The translations under genes and the position numbers were made by a program. Positions 18,301-24,200 of a stretch of 45,780 bases of DNA are shown one piece after another (position 1 is the first letter of the stretch; each line of letters begins with the position of its first letter). The stretch lies in NCBI GenBank assembly GCA_964391585.1, contig CAYMMQ010000001.1, positions 1 to 45,780 on the forward strand. Direction: 5' to 3'. The notes under the pieces were generated by a model. That model saw only the letters and a program-made list of their open reading frames with translations, made no database searches and was not told where the DNA came from. This DNA is from an uncultured Ectothiorhodospiraceae bacterium. Lineage in GTDB: Bacteria; Pseudomonadota; Gammaproteobacteria; GRL18.

Positions 18301-21258
18301 ATGACCTTGCCAATCATGGGCAACCACCACCGCCTGTACAATGCCAGGAAATTGTTTAATCAGGGCTTCTATTTCACCGGGTTCAATTCGAAATCCTCGA
18401 ATTTTAACCTGACTATCATTACGACCAATGTATTCAATATTGCCATTGTCCAACCAGCGAACCAAATCTCCGGTTTTATACATTCTGGTATGCCCATTTT
18501 GGGTGTCCATCTGGCTAGCAAAAGGATTAACCAGAAAACGCTCTCGGGTGAGTTGTTCACTGTTTAAATAACCCCGCGCCACACCAGCACCACCCACATA
18601 TAATTCACCGACTAGGCCGGGTGCCACCAGGTTCAAAGATTTATCAAGAATATAGGTTTTACGACCATTAATCGCTCGACCTATCGGTACGCTACCGTTG
18701 AATTCTTGGTGACAATTATAGGTGGTGGCAAAAGTAGTGGTTTCGGTCGGACCATAACCATTCAGTAAAAATTGCGGGCCCTGAGCATGATCTGACAAGG
18801 CCTTAATCAATCCAGGATCAAGCGCTTCACCCCCTGTGAGTAAATAACGAAGGGATTGAAACAAAGTATTATCGCTCAAATATAAACTATCAAACAGGGT
18901 CTTTGTCAGCCACAGTATGGTCACCTCAAACTCTTCAAGCTGTCGCTTGAATCGACCCAGGTTGGACAATAAGTCTTTGCTATTACTGGGTAAAACTAAT
19001 TTTGACCCATTCAGTAAAGCACCCCAGATTTCCAAGGTCGCCGCATCAAAAACCGGTGAGGCCAATTGCATAAAACAATCCGTCGGTTGTATCAACAAAT
19101 AGTCATTATTTTTAACCAATGACACCACCGCCGCATGCTCAACCATCACGCCCTTCGGATGTCCCGTAGTCCCCGAGGTATAAATCACATAAGCCAAATC
19201 ATCCATCCGTCCCGTATCAACGGGTGCTGTGCTCGGCGCTTGCACCCAGTCCGATGAGTGTTCTTCCACATTCAGTACGGCTCCGTTGAGCTGATGGCTA
19301 TTCATCACTTCTAGCAATGCAGTAACTCGGCTTTGACCCGTTAAGATTATTTCAGCCTCGGTATCGGCCAAAATATAGGCAATCCGCTCTGACGGATAGT
19401 CTGGATCTAGGGGGACATAAGCACCACCTGCCTTTAATATTGCCAGAATGGAAATTATCATTTCCACACTGCGATCAAAATACAACGCAATTAATTTGCC
19501 GCGTGGTATCACCGTGCCATATTGTTGTTCATAGATAGCACACAAATAATGAGCTAATTGATTTGAACGCATGTCTAATTCGGCATAACTCACTTGTTCA
19601 ATATCAAAAGATGATGTTTGTATTAAGGCTGTCGCCTGTGGGTAGCGCTTTGCTTGTTCACTAAACAATGCTTGGATCGATTGCAGTGGATAAGGTTGTT
19701 CCTCGGGGTTGTAATCATAAATTAACGCATTCCGCTCCACTTCACTGAGTAGACTATAACTGTTAATTAAGGCCTCAGAATTAGCGCTAATTTGTTGCAA
19801 CAAATAAACAAACCGATTAGCTAAAGTCTCTATGCTATGACGCTTATACAAAGAAGTCATATAAGCAATATCCAGATGCAATTGCTGCTGTGCATCCTCA
19901 CTCATAAATATTTCCAGATCAAACTTGGCTATCTTATATTGATCGTCTTCATACAGACGAAATGGCATATCATCTGCAAGTTGATTATCAAAATTCTGGA
20001 AGGTAAAAATAATATCAAATAAGGGGTGTCGCCCCGTATCACGTTGAATATCTAATAATTCAACTATTTTTCCAAAAGGCACATCCTGATTAGCCTGTGC
20101 TTCCATTACTCGCTTGGCAACTTGTGCTAAAAAGTCATCGAAGGATTGCTGTCCATACACCTGATTTCTAATAACCAAGGTATTGACAAAAAATCCGATC
20201 AGCTTTTCAATTCCAGGATAATGTCTATTCGCCGTTATAAAACCTAAACTAATATCTTGTTGATCGCTATATAGTGATATAAGAATATTGAAGGCACTCA
20301 GCAAATAGGTATATAAAGTCACACCACTCTTTTGAGCCAATTGCTTTATTTTAAGCGAAAGTTGCCGATCAATTACAAGCTGATAGCGTTCGCCAGAATA
20401 ATTAATATGCGAAGGCCTAGGAAAATCAGTTGGGAGAGCAAGTGATTGCATTCCATCCAGTCGTTGCTGCCAATAAGCCAATTGCTTATCTAACGCTCCC
20501 GATTGCAGATGGTATCTTTGCCAGAGGGAAAAATCTTTATATTGAATTATCAATTCAGGTAGCAGAGTAGTCTGATGCATTTTATCTGACCGATAAAAAT
20601 GGTTGATCTCTGCAAATAAAATATCAATACTCCAACCATCAAATGCAATGTGGTGAAAATTGATTAACAGATAGGTTTTTTCCGGTAGCGAGTATAAGGT
20701 GACAGCGATAGGTAAATCGCATGTTAAATCAAACTGATGATGAGCATCTTTGTTTAACTGAAGGGAAAAATGTTGCTCAGATGTTAATTCGAGATGAGCT
20801 ATTTTTAGCTCTGCTGCTATAACTTCTTGAAACGCATCATCATCTCCAGATTGTTTTATCAGCGTTCTTAAAACTTCATGACGTTGAACAACCTCATTTA
20901 TCGCTTTTTGCAAGCGATTGATTTCAGTACCGGCATTTATTTCCAGAACAATGGGAATATTATAGGCATTACTCCCCTGCTCATACTGCTCAATAAAATA
21001 CAGGCGCTCCTGAGCATAAGAAAGTACTGTTTGTTGCTCAGTAGATTTATAGATAATCGGCAGATGTGCATCACTAACAACTTGTGATGCCTTAAGTGTC
21101 TCTATAATTTCATTTTTATGCAGTTTAATTAAGGCAAACCACTCATTTTTATCGGCCACTTCTTGCAATAGCTTATATTTGAGTTTATTTCCTTCTTCCA
21201 CCCAGAGCAAAATCTTGTGTTGATTGATCAGATATAGCAGTTGTATGACATCGTCCAT
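3352..21258 (-). CDS. Non-ribosomal peptide synthetase NRPS-2, four modules: dock-C-A-T-E / C-A-T-E / C-A-T-E / C-A-T-TE
   Basis: 5,968 aa. Four A domains carry the core SGTTG(H/R/Q)PKG. T-domain Ser codons are at 17992-17994, 13408-13410, 8845-8847 and 4249-4251. Three E domains read HHL(I/L)(I/V)D(A/V)VSW. The first C domain has HHIAFDGWS, and three post-E C domains have HHSIADGWS (His codons at 16081-16086, 11401-11406, 6868-6873). The TE has GWSLGG with its Ser codon at 3838-3840. Confidence 0.97.
   Translation of the reverse strand: [5968 protein letters not shown]
3355..7281 (-). other. NRPS-2 module 4 (termination): C(DCL-like)-A(Gly-like)-T-TE. Approximate borders: C 6001-7281, A 4390-6000, T 4144-4350, TE 3355-4116
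   Basis: Motifs seen: [10 protein letters not shown] (C), [20 protein letters not shown] (A), [14 protein letters not shown] (T), and HPGSGG...GWSLGG with a C-terminal His (TE). The hand-derived code is DILQLGVIWK. Confidence 0.85.
7309..11811 (-). other. NRPS-2 module 3: C(DCL-like)-A(unassigned specificity)-T-E. Approximate borders: C 10528-11811, A 8986-10527, T 8743-8946, E 7309-8706
   Basis: Motifs seen: [10 protein letters not shown] (C), [20 protein letters not shown] (A), [14 protein letters not shown] (T), LPIQHWFF and [10 protein letters not shown] (E). The A domain has atypical FDASVAS and EYGVTE motifs. Confidence 0.8.
11839..16485 (-). other. NRPS-2 module 2: C(DCL-like)-A(Ser-like)-T-E. 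Approximate borders: C 15244-16485, A 13549-15231, T 13303-13509, E 11839-13281
   Basis: Motifs seen: [12 protein letters not shown] and [10 protein letters not shown] (C), [19 protein letters not shown] (A), [14 protein letters not shown] (T), LPVQDWFF and [10 protein letters not shown] (E). The hand-derived code is DVWHFSLIDK. The A domain carries a Q/E-rich insert ([16 protein letters not shown]). Confidence 0.85.
15233..19746. repeat. Copy A of a 4,514-bp direct repeat (A-T-E-C unit, inside NRPS-2)
   Basis: I checked the two breakpoint regions plus five 60-nt lines spread across the repeat against the sequence offset by +6,449, and found no mismatch. The encoded ~1,505 aa read the same in both proteins by eye. 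Six antisense or out-of-frame shadow ORFs recur with exactly the same offset and sequence. Confidence 0.95.
16519..21045 (-). other. NRPS-2 module 1: C(LCL-like)-A(Val-like)-T-E. Approximate borders: C 19759-21045, A 18130-19746, T 17890-18093, E 16519-17862
   Basis: Motifs seen: [10 protein letters not shown] and HHIAFDGWS (C), [20 protein letters not shown] and [10 protein letters not shown] (A), [14 protein letters not shown] (T), LPVQQWFF and [10 protein letters not shown] (E). The hand-derived specificity code is DALWLGGTFK. Borders are about +/-60 nt. Confidence 0.85.
21085..21258 (-). other. N-terminal docking domain of NRPS-2 (TubC-N / beta-hairpin docking type)
   Basis: aa 1-58 read [31 protein letters not shown]...[15 protein letters not shown]. 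This fits the LL..L...gI.LWvE.g.L.Y....L......i..HK.EI...L pattern of TubC N-terminal docking domains. It precedes the C domain, which starts near [10 protein letters not shown]. Confidence 0.6.
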
Positions 21259-21266
21259 TAAATTAC

Positions 21267-24200
21267 CTATAACTCGCCGCTTTCATAAATTTCTTCATTC
21301 ATTATTTTACTGTTTATTAAGTTCGCCAAATTGCGAATCGTACTATTTGTCATAAAGTCCGTATAACTTAAATCCACATTAAATTCATTATTAATCTGAT
21401 GCAAAATACTAATTGATACAATAGAATTAACCCCTAATCGAAAAAAGTCATCTAAAACACCAACCGTTTTACAAGCTAATATCTTAGTGAAAACCTGTAT
21501 CAGCCATTGCTCTGTTGCATTGTCCTCAAAGCTAGGTTGTTCCGGTAAAATAGCACCGTTGCAACTATCTGTATTTACCGTAGCTGTACTAGCCGTTACT
21601 GTATGAGCTCGTAACTTAACCTTTTTTGCGATAAGCTGGCGTTCAGCTTCGCTTAACACGTTTATCCGACTATGAGGCTGCTCAAGCCCGGCAGGGATTT
21701 GCTCTAATATACGCTGCAGTTGCTCTGCCAAATACTCCGCCCTAGCCACTTCCATTAACGCTGCATCATAACTCAGCCCAATATGTAACTGCTCTCCTTG
21801 CTCATGGACGATTAAGGCCAGCGGATAATCCACCTTTTCAATGGCCGCGCGTAATTCTCCACGCAATGGCGAATGCTCATCTGCCGTTGTCATCGGATAG
21901 TTTTCATACACTAATAAAGAATGAAACAATCGTCTACCTTGGCGTTGCAACGAAACCAACGGTGTAAACGCATAATTGTTCAACTCCGCAATCTGCTGGT
22001 TAATGTGCTGTAACTGTGTCAGTACACTATTATTTTTGCTCCAATCAATACGCAAGGGCAGTGTATTGATATATAAACCAACACTTTGCTCAATACCATC
22101 AATCGGAATTGCCCGACCAGATACTGTTGTTCCTACAATGGTTTGTTCATCCGTGCTGTAAACATTAATCAACTTATGCCAAGCAAATTGCACCATGCTA
22201 TTCAAAGTCAATCCGTGCGCTTTAGCCACTTGTTTAAGGCTATTGCTCGATAAGCTCAACTCTAAGCTTTGTGGTCGGCTCAGTGTGCGAATCGTATCTA
22301 AATCAACTGTTTTAGACAGCAAACTACTTAAATCATTGGCACTACTCAGATATTGCTGCTGCTGTGCCCAGTAAGCTTGAGACTCTTCCGCATGGCGGGC
22401 ATAATAGATTTGGGCCTCTAAATAGGCCTTGTCGGCAACGACCTTTATCGCTTCGCCGTTTTCTAAAGCAGCATAATACTCAGCAACTCGAGACAGAACA
22501 ACCGGTTCACTCCAGCCATCGGCAATACTGTGATGCTCACTTTTGAGCAAGGTATAGTGCTGCTCATTGTGCTTTATCAAATGCAGACGCAATAGCGACG
22601 GTTTACTCAAGTCAAAAGCATGGCTACGGTCTTGTTGTTGAATACGGTCAATTTGCTCCTGAGGGTTGGAACAATCCGAACCATCATGCAACTGAAACTC
22701 TAGCGCTGTGGTTTTATGGATTAATTGCACCGGGGACTCTTCCCAGTTAAAACTGGTACGTAAGATGGGATAAGTTTCTAAGGTATATTCCCAAGCACGT
22801 TTGAAACGCTCAATATTAATTGCATGCGGATAATCAATTAAAATCTGCACCCGATAAGCATCGTCTTGCGCATGACTTAAAGCATGATAGATAAAACCTT
22901 GTTGCAAGGAATTTGCCGCATAAATACCCTCAATATTATCGTTGTATAAGCGGTCAAACAACTCAAGGGATATTGCTGCATAAAAGTCACTGGGAGTCGC
23001 TTGCTGTTGTCCCTCATGGATACACTGCACACAATGGCTGACCAGGTTTTCTAAATGCGCTTTAAACGCTGCGCTAAAAAGGTTCAGTTGTTCTTGGTTC
23101 AGGCGGGTATTAACATCAAATTGTAATACCCCATCAATCACCAAGCCGTTAATATTAATCAGGTTGTTATCGTGATTAGAGGCTGCCATTGACTCACCAC
23201 CATCCATATCAGCCAGTGGCCAGTCGTTCTCTTGTTGCTTTGAATCAGAATTAAACACCCCTAAATAATTAAAACTAATCGGTGGCAAATGTTCTTGCTC
23301 TGCCGACAGCATTAAGGCGCCATAACCAATTCCCTTATCGGGGATGGTGCGTAGCATCTCTTTGGTTTGCCTGATGGCCAGCGAGAACTCTGTCTCATGC
23401 AGTAATCTCACCGGAAATAAGGTGGTAAACCAGCCTAAGGTCCGTGAGACATCTAGCTTGGCATCGATGCTTTCCCGGCCATGCCCTTCTAAGGTAATCA
23501 AGTGCGCCACACTGCCACTTAATTCTGTCAAAGCTGTGGCTAATGCAGTCAGTAATAAATCATTTATCTCAGTAGAATAAGCCTGATTAGCCTGATACAA
23601 AAGCTGCTGTGTCAGCAAGCTTGAGAAGATAACTTTGCTATCACGCTGTTCATCCGTCGCAGCCGGCAAGCGACTATTTCCCTCCGAAGATAACACATCA
23701 GACCAGTACGCTTGTTGCGTTGGATGTTGTTGCGCATAGCGAGCAACGGCCGACACCCATTGACGATAACTCGCACTTTTGGGCAGCAAGGTTTCACCAG
23801 CATACAAGCTGCGCAAGTCTTCCGCAATAATCCGCCAGGAAACCGCATCAATAATTAGGTGATGGGCACTGAAAAAAACGTAGTTGCTCACTTGATGTTC
23901 AACGCGATAGTTGCTGACATACCCCACACTAAATAAGGGTTTGGCCACATTAAACAGTTCATAATGACTTTGCCATTGGGTGAGTGCCTGACTCACCTCT
24001 TCAGAGCTCAGACCTTGTGCATCTAAGCATTGCAACTCAGGAGCGGTCATTTGTGCCTGATAACGTTGCTGATAACAGACCTCGTTTGTTTCTTTTTTTA
24101 TCTCTTGGCTAAAGCTAGTTCGCAACATATCATGATGCGCCATAAGCGTCACTAAGATGGCAGACAACCGGTGTGGTTCGAGCGCAGGGACTCTCAGCAT

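Noticed and set aside
9431-21087. Other 60-91 aa ORFs within 3352-21258 on either strand (for example 9431-9613, 11208-11396, 12174-12434, 12798-13073, 14907-15104, 19837-20022, 20878-21087)
   Set aside because: They are embedded in the continuous 5,968-aa NRPS frame, whose domain motifs are unbroken. This is typical spurious overlap.
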